Assembly: GCA_010909165.1 (NCBI GenBank)
Contig: MU008180.1
Coordinates: 867,884 to 931,883, forward strand
Source of the DNA: Anthoceros angustus
Taxonomy: Eukaryota > Plantae > Anthocerotophyta
Length of the DNA: 64,000 bases
Reading direction: 5' to 3'
Below the pieces are notes generated by a model, which was given only the letters and a program-made list of their open reading frames with translations, did not search any database and was not told the origin of the DNA. Below are positions 37,676 to 51,500 of the stretch, piece after piece. The position numbers and the translations under genes were made by a program. Each line of letters starts with the position of its first letter. Positions within the stretch are counted from its first letter, which is position 1.

Positions 37676-38962
37676 ATGAAGCTTTCGAGAGGGGAGCGCG
37701 AGCCCGTCTACCCTGCCACCCCCACCTCTCCCCAGCTCCAGCTGCTAGCCCTGAGCAACAATGACCAGGTCATGCCTCGTTGCTACATTCAGCTCCTGTA
37801 CCACTTCTACCCCAAGCCAGATCAGGGCTCGCGGAAGCTTCTCCCAGCATCCACGCTCAAGGCGTCCCTGGCACAGGCGCTGGCCCTCTTCTACCCTCTC
37901 GCGGGCAGGCTCAAGGAGAGGTCGGACAAAGGGCTAGATGTGGAATGCAACGATGCCGGGGCCGTGTTCGTGGAAGCTTCGGCCGAGGGCCGGCTGCAGG
38001 ATCTGGGGGGGTTCCAGCCGAACACGGACTTCAGCGACCTGATGCCGGCGGTGGACTTGGCGCAGCCGATCCACCAGCTCCCGTTGCTGCTCGCCCAGGT
38101 GACCACGTTCCAGTGCGGGGGCGCCACGCTCGCCGTCCAATTTCATCACAACGTGGGGGATGGCTCTGCGGCCAGCTCGTTCGTGCTCGCCTGGAGCGAG
38201 ATTGCCCTAGGGAAGGAGGTGTCCGTGTCCCCGCACCATGACAGATCGCTGCTTCAAGCCAGGCATCCTCCTGATCCCCGCTTCCCCCACGCGGAGTACA
38301 CCCTAACAGCTCCCGCCTTCCCGGCGTCCTTCCCTCCCCAAAAAGCCACGCTGCTGGAGCTGGACTCCGCCCGGGTGGAAGAGCTGAAGCAGCGGGCAAA
38401 CGAAGCAGGGGCCTCCTTCACTGCCTTCGAGTCTGTGACTGGCCACCTGTGGAGATGCATATCCCGAGCACGGGGGCTGGAGCCTGGGAAGGAGATCAGG
38501 CTGGGGCTGGCCGTGGATGGGCGTGCCCGGTTGAGCCCTCCCCTTCCGTCCGGCTATGCAGGGAATGCTAACTTTTACGGCTTGGCGGAAACCAGGGCAG
38601 GAGATCTAGTGGAAAAGCCTCTCGCCTACGCCGCCCACTGCGTGCACCGGGCGATTGTGAGGATCACAGACGAGTACATCAGATCCAGTCTTGATTTTGT
38701 GGCACAGCAAGAGAGTCCTGTCTCCGTTTTCCCTAGCTTTACCACCTTCTGGTCCGACATGGCTGTGACAAGCTGGACCAGGTTTCCTCTATACCAAGTC
38801 GATTTCGGCCTGGGTAGGCCTGATTTTGTAGGCATTCCAGCTTCCGGCTGGGATGGTGTGTTCATCCTGTTGCCCGCCCACACGGAGAAGGGTGGCATGA
38901 ATGCCATGGTAGGCCTTCGAGAGGATCACTTTGCCAAGTTCCTAGCTGATCCTGAGTTGTAA
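37676..38962 (+). CDS. BAHD-family acyltransferase (HCT-like clade, intronless)
   Basis: Intact ORF from the ATG at 37676 with HXXXD (HHNVGD) and DFGWG-type (DFGLG) motifs and the typical LYHFYP, ALFYPLAGRL and LLLAQVTTFQCGG segments. Confidence 0.95.
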   Translation: MKLSRGEREPVYPATPTSPQLQLLALSNNDQVMPRCYIQLLYHFYPKPDQGSRKLLPASTLKASLAQALALFYPLAGRLKERSDKGLDVECNDAGAVFVEASAEGRLQDLGGFQPNTDFSDLMPAVDLAQPIHQLPLLLAQVTTFQCGGATLAVQFHHNVGDGSAASSFVLAWSEIALGKEVSVSPHHDRSLLQARHPPDPRFPHAEYTLTAPAFPASFPPQKATLLELDSARVEELKQRANEAGASFTAFESVTGHLWRCISRARGLEPGKEIRLGLAVDGRARLSPPLPSGYAGNANFYGLAETRAGDLVEKPLAYAAHCVHRAIVRITDEYIRSSLDFVAQQESPVSVFPSFTTFWSDMAVTSWTRFPLYQVDFGLGRPDFVGIPASGWDGVFILLPAHTEKGGMNAMVGLREDHFAKFLADPEL

Positions 38963-40012
38963 CGAGAACGGAAACCTCTATTTAACGCAAACGGAAGCCC
39001 CATCTAATCGAAAGGGTGGGTCTCCCTCTTTTAAGTAAGGTGGCTTTGTTCCGCAACGGCTATGGCTTTCTTGCGACAACGAGCTCCATCGCCCTCGTTA
39101 GCGTTTCGGGCAACGAGTACCCATCGCCCTGTGAAGGGATCCATTAGGCCCTTCCTTCTTCCCAGGTCCAGACATGAATTCCTTCGAACTCGACACTGAA
39201 GCGTCCATACATATGTACAAAATGTAAGATAATGACCCCGGTTAAGCCTGATTATATTAAATAATATTACATATCAACGAACCGCAGTGTATACAATTTT
39301 CATTATTACTTTGGTGAATTAGAAGGGTCGCACTTCACCACCTATTAGACGGAGGTGGATATTTGTGACATGCTGACTTTTGGTTTTGGACTTAGTGAAA
39401 CGGCACTCGAACTTAAAACCTGATAAGTGATCCTTATCAGGACCAGGATATATACCAATATAACGCGTAAAATGGAACATCATAAATGGGACGGTGCCTT
39501 CAATTTACCGTAAAGAATGATTCTAGCGCCTATGTATTCATGTATGATACAAGAGATATGACCTGCATGCACAGTTCACGCCGCCTTCCTCGTCCTTTAT
39601 CACTGATCTGCAGAAGAACTAACAATTCACTTATGCAGGATCTGCCCCTATCCGTCGGAAATGAATCAGCGGAAAGGGACCCATCCGTGTAGTAATGTAC
39701 AGAACTCTCATTTTCGAGTCCCCAACCAACTAGGACTCCACGGTGAGTGAAGCACCAAGATCTGAGAAGCAAGGGGCATTGAGGGCTTCACTGCCCTTCG
39801 CTCTGCAGGAAATAATTTCAAAAAAAATAAGGCTGCGCCTCCTGCATTCGACCCAGAACAAGAGGTTATTCTTGGCCAGGCGGTGGACAGAAATTTGAGG
39901 CAGGTAGGGTATGGTGAGGATGTTACCGAAGGCAATCAGAAGCCTGAAGTCGAAGGCGTCCAGTTTCACTCCGAACTCTGCTAATGCTCACCAGAACCGC
40001 GTTCCTTGCATC

Positions 40013-43000
40013 TTAATCTATAACAGACTTGGAACCTGAAAGCAATCGGACCTTCTCTTTGCCATATCTTACGACTCGTGATTCACCATCATCATACAGG
40101 ACTGTAAATTGTGACTTTTGTGGGGCAACCCCAGCAACCGTGCCCCTGTACCTGCAGAATGACACATGCCACCAAGTTCTAACCAGCTCACATGATCACC
40201 AAACTTCATGACGCGACAGCAAAACTTCAGGAAGGCACTCACCAGGCACCATCGGTTGGCCAGTAAACCTCAATCTTCTTGCTAATTGCATCCCTGCCCA
40301 GCCTCTCAAGGATCCAACAATCATCACCCACAGAATCTTCCTTGGCACCACGACGGCTTCGGCTATGAAGATCCTTGTCTAAGGGAAGTTTTTCACTCTT
40401 CTCCTTTTTGTCACCTGCCTCTGGTCTTTTCCTCTTGGATCTCTGCCCTCTTATTGCTGCTCTATCATCCTCATCCAAAAGCTGCACGTCTCCATTGTTA
40501 TCTTCAGGTAACGTGCCATTCTTTCTGAACTTCAGCCTCAACGGCATTGATTGAGATTCTGATTCAACTGCGAACACCTTTGACTTCTTTTGCTTGCTGC
40601 TTTTCTTCCCACCGATGTCAACAACTTTTATTCTCTTCCTTGGTATCTCAGTTGAATCGTCGTCTGCAGCAGTCTGTGACATCAGATCGTCTTCCAGTTC
40701 ATCAAACTTACGTTTTCTCTCAGCAGGTGCATCTGAGGAAACCTGCTCGGAAACACTTTGATCTCTAGACGCTAGACCATCTGAGTCATCATCATCCTTT
40801 GTGCTGACTAAGGCAAATCTCGCCTTTTCCTCTGTAGCCGGTGGTCCATCTTTGGACCCTTTCCAACGCCAGCTCACACTTGTGTCCATGTCCCGATACT
40901 TTGAGCTCGGTATTCTACGCCGTCGAGCACTCTCAGAATGCAGTGCCCATGATTGGGGAGGAGAGGCTGCCAGAATGAGACGGTAGATCAGAGAGGTCAG
41001 ACCCTACCAGATGTTGGTAATCAGATAGTACGTTAGCAAACATTAGTTTACACTTCCAACAGCTGCATGGAAAACATACCTCCGTGCTGCATAGAAAGAT
41101 CATCTTCACTGTCTAGTCTCAAGCTCGTATTTCTTGGAGCGGTGACTGCTGACTTCGAACCTTCCTTCCTTTTGTCATCCTCCAAGGCGGAGGAAGCATC
41201 CACTTTTCTCTTTTTGTCCTTAGGGACGCTGAGAACTAACTTACCTTTTCCAGGCTCTGCCTTGTCACCTCGACCATCTGTCGTGATCTCCTTGCCTTTG
41301 CCGTGGCTCTTTTTAGAGTTCCAATTGCTTGCATTCTTGCTACCACCATCCAAAACACCAGCACCACTGAGTTCTTTTCCATCACTCAGCATGACCCCAG
41401 CCTTCGTTGCATTCAACTTCTTCAACTTCTTTTTGGCTAGGTCGTCGGCCAATGGTTGAGCACTTGCAACATCACCAGGTTGTGCCGGATCTGTTACCGG
41501 GCCATCATCTGATTTACCTTTACGCCCAGGGTTATCTGACATTTCAGGATTCATACTGAGCTTCTTAACTTTAGTTAGCTTGATTTTGAGGGAGATCTCT
41601 TCCTTCGGCTCATCTCCACCATCTGCAATAGACTGCTTTTTTGATTTTGATTTGGACTTCTTCGAGAGCTTTTTTAATATATCCTTTGTCCACTCTGAAG
41701 GGGCTTCCTGCTTCTCATCATCTGATGGACATAACCTTATCAATTCCTCTTGAGGTGGTAATTTGGCAGCAGCTCTTGCTTCTGCAATCTTTGCAGCATC
41801 AGCCTCATCCCTCCGCCTCCACAATTCCCGAACAGCATCATCTGTGTCTTCAATCTGCACAGAATGTCAGAGGACTTGCTATAGAACTGGGCAACATCCA
41901 GCCAAATAGCTTCAAAGTTGAAGACCTCCAAAACAGGCTAGTTAACCAACCTTGTAGTTCTCGCCCCGACACACTGGACATTTGTATCTTAGGTTACCAT
42001 CATGTTGAAACATCTCATAGCGTTCCTCACTGCAAGTTTTTGGAAGAACTATCAGAACCGATCTGCACACTTCCTAGAAAGACTGGCAGAAAATGAAGCA
42101 AGCACTAACTCCTTTCTTCAAAAGTTTGTAATGATCTTGTACAAAGATTACACTACAGGAACAGCAACCTGATCTAACCTGATGCCATCACAACCAATAT
42201 GCACCCAATGTTCGCATATGTCACAGCACACCATTGGTAACGGTTCCGAATCCCTGTATACCTGTTCAATGGTGCCGCACTGTTGTTAGCCAGCAAACTC
42301 CAAATAAAAGTTCAACCCCAAGAGTAGTAGAATAATGTCTACCTTCAGGCAGACAGGGCAGTACTTTTGCTTTACAAACAGTCTTCCACATGCGTCACAG
42401 AAACTGTAACACAGAAACCACCTGGAAACAAACAAAAAACTTTTAAGTATTCTACTTTGCAGTTGAACAATAATGAGAATCAAGAAAGGTATACACGCAA
42501 ATTTCAAAGAAAATGATACTTTCAACAAGAAGTAATTAAGAAAAAATATGCTAAACCATAAAAAAACATGCTTTATGGCATACCTTGAACTGATGCCACT
42601 TCCAGGAACAAGAGATGCACAGCTATGACACTGTGTGTGCTTGGGGCATAGGAAAGGACCTTTCGCAACTTGCTGCATACAGAGGCTCCAAATTTAGTAC
42701 TTCGAGAGTCACAGCAGGACACCAAAAGGAGGAAACCAAGGCCTGATCCGGTAGCAGTAAAGAACATACCTTTATAGCAGGTTGCTGACAGTAAGTGTGA
42801 TAAGCTCCATCACACCTCTTGCAGAACATTAACTTGTTTGGTTCACCAGAACGGTTGCAAACCTGAAGTCCAGAACAAGGTTAAGTCTTGCTATCATGAT
42901 GGCTCCGAACCATTGACCATGGCTTACAAACGTGGTCCGTATCTGACCTCACAACTTCTGCAGGCGCCACAAACCCAGGAAGCCCAGTTGAATAAATCTG

Positions 43001-44386
43001 TGAGGCCAAACAGCATAAAGTTCAAAACCAGAGAATTTTACAAACGTGGCAAGCATGAGCAAAGCCAAAAAAACTGCAAAATCGTCCTGTACCTCGGTCC
43101 CCTGCCCATTGTTTGAGGCATTTTCTGTGGTACTTTTTGGAGCATTCTGAGCAACCAACCATTCTGTCTACTTTCTTGCTACCCGCATTTTCACCGAAGA
43201 GACATATCTCACAGACAACTTGAGCACCGAGAGGCCTGGGCTCACTCGACAATTCTCCAACCCCGGCAATCAGAGCTAGTCCATTGGCCCCTTCAGCTTT
43301 CATGAGAGCTTCAGCATCAGCAATCTGCAACACAAACTAGATGTCAGCAGACTTGACCTCCGATGGCCATCGGTCAGGAAAAATCAAGTTAGACAAGAAA
43401 ACCCTAACGAGGTTAATATTCAGTGATTCTCGGCGTTTTTAATCACTTTCATTTCAAACCCTGCGACGGATGGAATGATCATTCGAACGAACGAACGAAC
43501 AACGAATGCAAGAGTAGATTACTTGGCGAGCTGCGGCGAGGCGAGCAGCATCTGCTGCCTTCTTGGCTTGTTCTGCCTTTGCTGCAGCTTCGGCCGCGGC
43601 GATGGTAGCCACGGTGACCTTCCTGCGCATGACGGCTCTCTTAGCCAACGTTCCATCTTCCTCTGCATCAGCATCTGCGACACTATGGCCTGGGGCCTTT
43701 GGTTTTTTCTTCCTCTGCTCCTTGGTGATGCGCGGAACCAAGACCTCCACGGTGTCCGCACCGCCCGCCAGCATGAATTGCGCATTGGCCAACAGTCGCT
43801 GCAGCGCCAGGGCATTTTCGACGAAGTATTGCTTCCCTGCCGGCGTCTGTACCGCTCCAGGGGCTCCCAGAGTGCAGCGACAAATTTTACGACTGTACAG
43901 CAGGGAAGAAGCGATTGGAGTCAACAATGGCAGGCCGGCACTTGCGAAGCACATTCACGCAGAGCTCAAAACCTGGCAAGCCTAACAGCACTCCAGCAGC
44001 TCCAACAGCACAGTCCGCAAGCAGACTGACGCCGGGGGACAGTCCAAGCCTCCCAGCCACATATCAGAGACAGCAATGGGCCGACAGCATGCAGAATCAA
44101 ACAGCAGCAGAAGCAGAGAGCAGCAGAAGATGTGGAATATTTGTGCTCCGCCAGACCAAGACCCCAGCAGGATCCAGCAAATTGGAAAATGCGGCAGGCC
44201 AATTACGGGCAGGCAGGCAGCAAGAAGCGACTGGTGGCGCGGGATTGGCACAAGAAGACGGACATTTAGAGCGGGTCAAGGTCCAAGACAGGAGTGCAGG
44301 ATCCAGAGACAAATCGATCGGCAAATTGGTGAAGGGGGCAGGGCGGGAGCAGACCAGGTGAGCGGGCAGGAAATGTGGAAAGCCAT
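40013..44386 (-). CDS. PHD/RING zinc-finger protein with a C-terminal Tudor-like domain (multi-exon)
   Basis: Spliced start MAFHISCPLT|CRKICRCTLG (ATG 44386; GT-AG intron ~44354-43893). PHD motifs CEICLFGE..CSECSKKYHRKC, FCKRCDGAYHTYCQQP and CPKHTQCHSC. C-terminal WILERLGRDAISKKIEVYWPTDGAW|YRGTV..YDDGE; stop TAA at 40013-40015. The N-terminus matches the plant PHD family typified by Arabidopsis At3g08020 (recalled, not searched). Confidence 0.9.
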
Positions 44387-45134
44387 GGCCAGGCGCACGC
44401 ATGGATGGAGGTGCGGAGGCCCTGGCAGCCGCGCCAGGCGGAGCCGGGCGGGGCGCTCGTCGTAGCGTGGCGCGGCGTCGCGAGACGAGACGAGTCGAGT
44501 CGCCTCGAGGCCCAGGCGAAGCGAGGCGCGGAGGTGCAGGGGGCGGGTTCCTTTTTTTCCAAGCATTAGTGCGTTCGAAGCAAAAGGTGTCCTCTTTCAA
44601 GTCTGGTGAAAGAAACGGGAAATCGGGAATCCAAAGAAATCTAAAACTTGTGCGAAGCGCAGAGTAAAACAGTTTTTACAGATGTATGTACATGTTCAGT
44701 CTCACTTCCGTGAAATGGTCGAGACCTAATTCTTCAAACAGTCCGGGCTTAGTTTAAATATCAACTCCGAATTCCAATACCTACTGCCTTGCGAGTTCCA
44801 TAACCACGGCAACGATGTCAGGGGTTTGTTTGGGTTGAGGGTGTTCTCTCATGAGACATGGACGACGGTGCATCACTTAAGATCCTGAAATTCTCCCCAC
44901 ATTCAAAATTGCTCGTGCCAAGAACATGGGCCATTGCCCCTCACTTCGCTAAGTCTCTAAGCCTTGTGAGAATCATATTCAGGAGCAAACTGAGGAGAAC
45001 CTCCTAAAAAGTCCCAGGGAAGAACGGCTCATGGGAATCTCGTCAGACAGCTCCTCACTTCTTCCTGCCTGCAGGAGCAAAATGAGTTCGTAATGTAAGA
45101 ATGAGCATCACTTACCGGCCTGAGCGGGTTAAGA

Positions 45135-47089
45135 CTACGCACACCAAATTTGGTCTGTCATCGGGATCTGATCTGATAAGACAGGATGCACACCTCTACG
45201 AGACAGGACGGTGACTGTTGTTCGAGCAGGAGTTGGTTTGGGTTGATTCTTGTGATGGCCACCGGTCCCGTTGCCAGCGATGTATCCGCAGGTACTCAGG
45301 ATGGACCGGGCAGCGTTGTTGATGAATCTGAATCTGTCAGGGCCAAGCAGGACACCTCCAAACCAACGTGACACGACCACCACCTGCATGACATCACTTG
45401 TGAAATGTTAAACCTGCTGGCTAGATTACAAGTGCACAGATATCCTTGGCACAGAAGACCTACCACATCAGAAGCATCAACAATTTGCAGAAGATGCATT
45501 AGCCGTCCACCGGCAGCATTTTCACCATCATCATCGAAGTCTTGAAGCACCTGCAACCCGCAAAGGAAGGCGGCAGAATTGTTAGCTTCACATACGCATT
45601 CCCCTCTCCCTCTTGAGGTGTTTGCAGGATCCAGTGCTTTTAACTTACTGTGCCTTTGTCAGGTACATTGATCCTGTAGGCCATAATATTATGAGTGGCT
45701 CCAGCAATTTTTCGGTTCCGCAGCAGGGCGTCCATCACCATTTCCACTTCATCCACCCCGTGAACGGCAGCCAGGTGTGCCTGAAACACACCTGCCAAGA
45801 TATCATTGCTGCAGAATCAATCATGATTTCAAACCAGAACATAAATACTAATAGAAAGAAGTAAAAATGATTAGCAGATGTGGTGCTGCCTCTATCCACG
45901 GGTCAAACTGACATATGTTTGATGTCATACTTTTCTTCTCTGTGAAAGGAGGTCCATGGACGATGCCGAGGGCCCTGTCCAGCTCTTCTAAGTTCTTTCT
46001 CTCCAGATCTTCTGGGCTCTCCACTGGGGATGTGCAATCTTGCAAACTGTCATCCTCAATCCTGCGACAAAAGTTAGACACAAGAACGTAAGCAGCTCCA
46101 CAATCTACTGGGCCATGAGACTGCACTGCACAGGGGCTTACAACCTTCCTATCGTTGGCATCAGAACCAAAAGCAACTGTGCAAGCAAAATGTGAATTGT
46201 GTGAAACCCACAAGTAAGACTGCTCTGAAAGAGATGGTTTGTGCTTGGGTTTGAGCTTGTCATCTGCCGGCATGGAATAGGAGTGTCGGTTAGAAGCACC
46301 AACAACCAAGCACAAACCAGCACAGCCAACAGCTGTGGACATTTTAAGATGACAGGCAGTGTGGCCTGGCCCGGCCGGCCAGCAGTAAATCTAGTGTCCG
46401 TGCAGTGCAGCAGCAGAACACTGCTGAGGGACCAAACCCGCAGCAAATCATTCACAAATGCATCTCTCTCACACAAGCTTCACTCTTGTACGAAGGAGTG
46501 GCAGAACGTAATCTGGGCACCTTTCTTCAAGTGTTGGTTGGTGGTTGCCACTTTCTCAGCCCAGCTCTTTGCTTCCTCCCAAACCCACGACTGCCCCTGC
46601 TGACACACACAGTCACGGGAGTAAAACACCGGCCTCCCCACGGTGCACTGCTGTCGACCAGGATGGGGACACACCTGCAACCAGTCCACCCACTGGAAGA
46701 TGACAACACCTCTGGCTCCCTGACGATAGATTTCCCCAAATTCTGCCAGAATCTTGTGCTTGGTCTCCTCGGAGATCCACGGTGCCCTGAGCTCGGCAAC
46801 AGGCTCACAGGCCGAAGGATACGAATCCACAAAGTAGACCCGGAGACGGATGGCAACAGTTCGGGCATCAGCAGTGGGGTACACTTGTATCTGCAAGGCA
46901 AGTGCATGTGATAAGCGACCCAGCCCGACCCGATTCCCGTCCAAACACCCCAACCCTGCCCACCTCGCAGAAGTGGCCGTCGGGGTAGAATTTGTAGTCG
47001 TCCTCATAAATGGCATGCAGAGCCTCCATCTCCTCAGCTTGGGCGGCTCGGTTCTCCTCCTTGCTCACGGAGGGCCCGTGCTGCTCCAT
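45135..47089 (-). CDS. IMPACT: IMPACT-like protein (RWD domain plus UPF0029/YigZ domain; multi-exon)
   Basis: RWD motifs: EENRAAQAEEMEALHAIYEDD, YFVDSYPS, VVIFQWVDWLQ. UPF0029 motifs: HGPPFTEKKS, FQAHLAAV, KIAGATHNIMAYRI, DFDDDGENAAGGRLMHLLQ, VVVVSRWFGGVLLGPDRFRFINNAAR. The start is uncertain; an upstream exon in 47170-47550 is possible. Confidence 0.88.
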
Positions 47090-48536
47090 CACCACCCTAG
47101 AATTCTACCTGCCTGGAGGAGGGAAGGACGGAGGACTCAAGCCATACAGCTGTACGACGAGCTTTCACGTGATCACACGCGGCGCGGTCGGCAGGCAGAG
47201 CAGGGACAGCGATTCTGGTGCGACGGCGGGCGTTGTGGGCATCGTCGAGCTCCTCCGCTCCCGGAAGCATTGCGTGGTGCGCCCATTTGTATCACAGCGG
47301 GCCAGCCTCCGCTCCTGCTCCTCCTCCTCCTGCTCCTCCTGCCGCCTCGGGGTTCCGGTAATCCGCACGAGATTCGCAAACACCCATTGCGGATCGGGCT
47401 CAGACGCTCAGACGGGGTCCCACGCCATCCCCTGCCGCCCCGCCCTTCAGCCGACCAGATTCCCCCGTGGGCTTTCCAAATCGGGGCTACCTCGCCAACA
47501 GGCGTCCAAAACAAGAGTGAACAGTGAGGATGGCGGCCGGGATGGAGCCCATTGGCGTGCACTTCCACATCAGCCTGCGAGCTCGGCCCTCCATGCCCGG
47601 CCGGCTCCGGCTGGAAGGCCCACGTCCCGCTCCTTTTTCCCGCGAACGACAGGAGCAGCCTGTTCTAGTCTGGTCACGCAACTGCTGCGCTTCCGGCTGC
47701 CTGCTGCTGGGCAGGAGCAGGGAGACGGGCGTCGGGGACATGTTTCCGCACCAGATTGGTCACGTGATGCTTGTGCACGGCCCCCACCACACAGCCGGCA
47801 ATCGTGCCATGTTCCTGTCCTTGCTTCACCAAATTGCACCATTTGCATCGTTTTTCGCTTTCGATCTGCCTATGCCTAGCAGGTCTGCAAAGGTTAGCGC
47901 CTCCTGCCTAACCTCGCCAGCACGATGCCATTTATGTCTATCAACATTCTTGCCTCGATTCCGCACGTCAACAGTTGGTGTGCATTAACTAATGTATGAT
48001 CCCAGGTAGCAGCACAACTCGCGGAGGGATCCACCCAGATTATGCTACATGTGTACCTCTCTCGGCTGCCAAAACAGTACAACTGTACTTGGGGGGGGTT
48101 CCACAAGGGAAACTTGTACCTCTGCTGCAGCATCCTTGGAAACTGCCGCAACTTATCCACAACATCCTCAACCCTGCCTCTAACAAGAATACTCAGAGCA
48201 CTGTAGCAACACCTACAGCTAGCAGCTCAGATGGGCAGCCTTGGGAGGAGACTGTACCAGGATGCCCAACAAAACCTATCGACGAACGTAAACTCCATCT
48301 ATACAATGCACTCCACGTCCTCCTTGTTCGAAGCAGTGCACGCCGCCGATGCAGCATGGCATCTGTTGTTGTTCACATCAATCAATCTGTTGTACGACAG
48401 CCCCTGCTGTCTCCATTGGGCTGTCTCCATCCATACTTGCGCTGCTTCCCGTCTAAACTTTGCTTCAAATGGCGGTGTTAACAATTTCAAGAAGGCCGAG
48501 TGGGCGTTCTGTAGTGCGAAGCCAGTGTTAAAAGTT

Positions 48537-51500
48537 TCATTGCAGCTCGGGTCTTGACGAGAAAAAGCCGTCTTCCTCCACTGTTGGTGAGAGTGGACCA
48601 TACTGCACAAATCCGCGGCCCCCAAAGACGGGCCTCATGTAAGCATTGTCGAATTTTCTCCACAGATTATGTATGGTCGACGTCGGTGCTGCCAGTAACA
48701 TCCTAAGACTACTCCTTCTCTGACCATTTCCGAAGATACTCCTACCCGACAACAAAGGCGTGTTCAAGCTTGGGCTTAAAGTGCCATCCTTTGGAGAAGG
48801 AGGGTCGGAAGTGTCGCTGGGAAGGTTTCGCATATGTTCGGGAATCAACCAATTGATGATGGGCTTTGTGAGCAACCCAAACACCTGTTTCAGTTCACTC
48901 GAGAAGTTAACAACTCCACACAGTAGGCCTCAGGCAGTGGTTCCAAGAACATGGACTAAGGCCAAGATGAACTTACACATGTACTGAAAAGCACCACAGT
49001 GATCGTGCTCGTGATCATTGTTGCATGCTCTGGATTCTTGGTATCACCAGCTTGAGTGAACTGCAGCAATCAATGCAAAGGCTCATGCACCCAATACAGA
49101 AAAGCGTGGCAGCTGTCCGTGCAAGACATGCCAAGGGAATTAACCACGGGGGTTACCTGATTAAATGCCAAAGCTATTGAAACAGCCCCTCGCATCAGAC
49201 CAGCCCACCATATGATCACCTGCGCACATGGATTTTTCTACCGGAATTGGCCCTTACTGAACTCAAAACCTTATACAACAGATCACACAGAATGAACTAC
49301 CGATGACTAAGCCTTCAACCACCACAATACTGAGCTAAATTAGCAAGGTGAAACATTTCCACACCAGAAATGTGTGGCAATCCAACCTGATGTCGAAAAC
49401 TGATCTTTCCTCCTGGTGCTTTGCGAAGGAGATTAGCAAGAGCGGACAGCGGGAACACAAAAGCTGCTCTTCCAATTAGAGTTGCTGCTACCAACGTGCT
49501 GGCAATTCCAAAGGATTGGGGCACACTAGCAAAAGGAAAAAAACGGGAAATGTTTTAGAGCCTGACTGCATCAGCCTCAGAGGCCACTCACCACTAAAAA
49601 AACTGACAAAACATATCCTCATAAACTCCACCCCGGCGCAGGAAAACAACATGCACAGACACATTATCCCAGTGATGGCATTACGTCGTGGCGGTCTGTT
49701 TCCACATATTGACATCCAGTGCATCCATGCCGACATATAAGAAAATAAAGGTCTCCGCTATGAAGGAAAAGGTGGCAAAAGTATGCCTGTAAATCCAGAC
49801 AAGCAACATTAATACAAGGTCAAGCTGATGGGCCCAAGGCCATGCATAGATAGAGACTTAAAGCAACCATGTAGCATTGTAAGGATGACTATGGCAAGCA
49901 ACCCGTGAAGAACCTGTAACCTATGTTCTAAACTAAACAAGACAAGATGACACATATATGCAAGCAACTAGAAGGCAGCTGAAGTACTTGGTTGTGATTC
50001 GAGAGCTTTCTGTAACATTGTGCCACGTGTAGTGTGACATGACAATGCCACAAAAGAATACTGTCAATATCCCGCTCAACCAGAATAGCTGCACAATGGA
50101 GACAAGGGAATCCAACATCTGAATACCAGAGAATACCTGCCAGTATACTCATAATACAGTCTAATCATCACATGTCTACTCTGTAACCTCAACTGAACAG
50201 AAAGTAGTGATGAAAGCCTTCCTACCTCGGCTAAAATGTAGGAAAGATAGGCCATTAGGGTCATGATAGCAATCTCACGATCAGTTGAGTGCCTGACACA
50301 AAAAGGAATGTCATAAAACAATAACGTCGCAACTAAGGAGCCACCAAGAGAGTTCCTTAACGCTCTTCAGAACGCAAAGCAACAAAGTAATCAAAAGCTG
50401 CCAGGGAACACAAATTTCACCTGCCAAAATAAAGAGTCTTTATGATGTATGCACTCAAGAGGCCAATCTGCAGAGTTTACAAGAAGTTCAGACTCAGTGC
50501 CCTGAACAGAGAGGCCAAGGATTATGAAAGCACATGCACAATGGATGAAACACCAATCACAGAAAGTTGTATGCATATGGAAATAGAAGACTCACAAGAA
50601 CCCCAAGTGCAGTGCTGGTGATAAAGAGGTACAAGAAGTCAGCCACAATGTGCAACGCTGTGAAAGTATTGAAGTCGTCAAAGTCGAACTTCTGAACAGC
50701 TCGGAAAAGCACCACAGATGTGGCATCGTTCACAACACCCTCTCCAAATACAAGACTGTACAGAAGAGGCGTGTCCTCCTGATTAAGCACCTGAAGAACG
50801 CCAACCATGCACAATAATTGCTACCCAGAAAAACACACAGCTCCGGGAAGATGATATCAATCGGGTCAGATGCGTTCACAAGACATCATCCACAAACTTA
50901 CCTGCAAGGTGCAAACTGAATCTGTTGCCGAGAAGATTGTTCCTATAGCTGCACAAAGACATTAGGCATGTAGTCAGTCCCTGGCTTTCAGGACTGCCCC
51001 TTGATAATGGAGAGAAGGAACAACCGAGACATGACTGAATTGAAGGGCGCGGGGTGGAGACCGACCGAGATAATCTTTTATCTGAAGACCAGGGATGCCC
51101 AACCTTGGAAATGCGAAGCTAGAAGCTGCATTCCACAATGTTCACACTAGTATTTAGATTACAGTCCTAAGTGAACAAGAGTATATGCTGAAGGATTGTA
51201 CAATACCATCTACACACCTGCAGTTATGACTGCAAACGAGATGAACACTCCTATGATTCCGTACAGCATAATGGCCACGAAATTGGCAAAGAATTGCTTT
51301 TTCTTGACCTGAAACCTGAAGAATCAAACAAGAGATTCAGACCACACACGGGATAACAGATGTTCACAACATGAAACCCTACACAAATGCTAGGCTGAAA
51401 TTTTGAGGGCAAGAACAACAATACTGCGCACAGCAACCACAATAATAGCGTGCATTTACAGTTGAGAGGTGTTTAGTACACTACCCCGCGTTGAATATGA

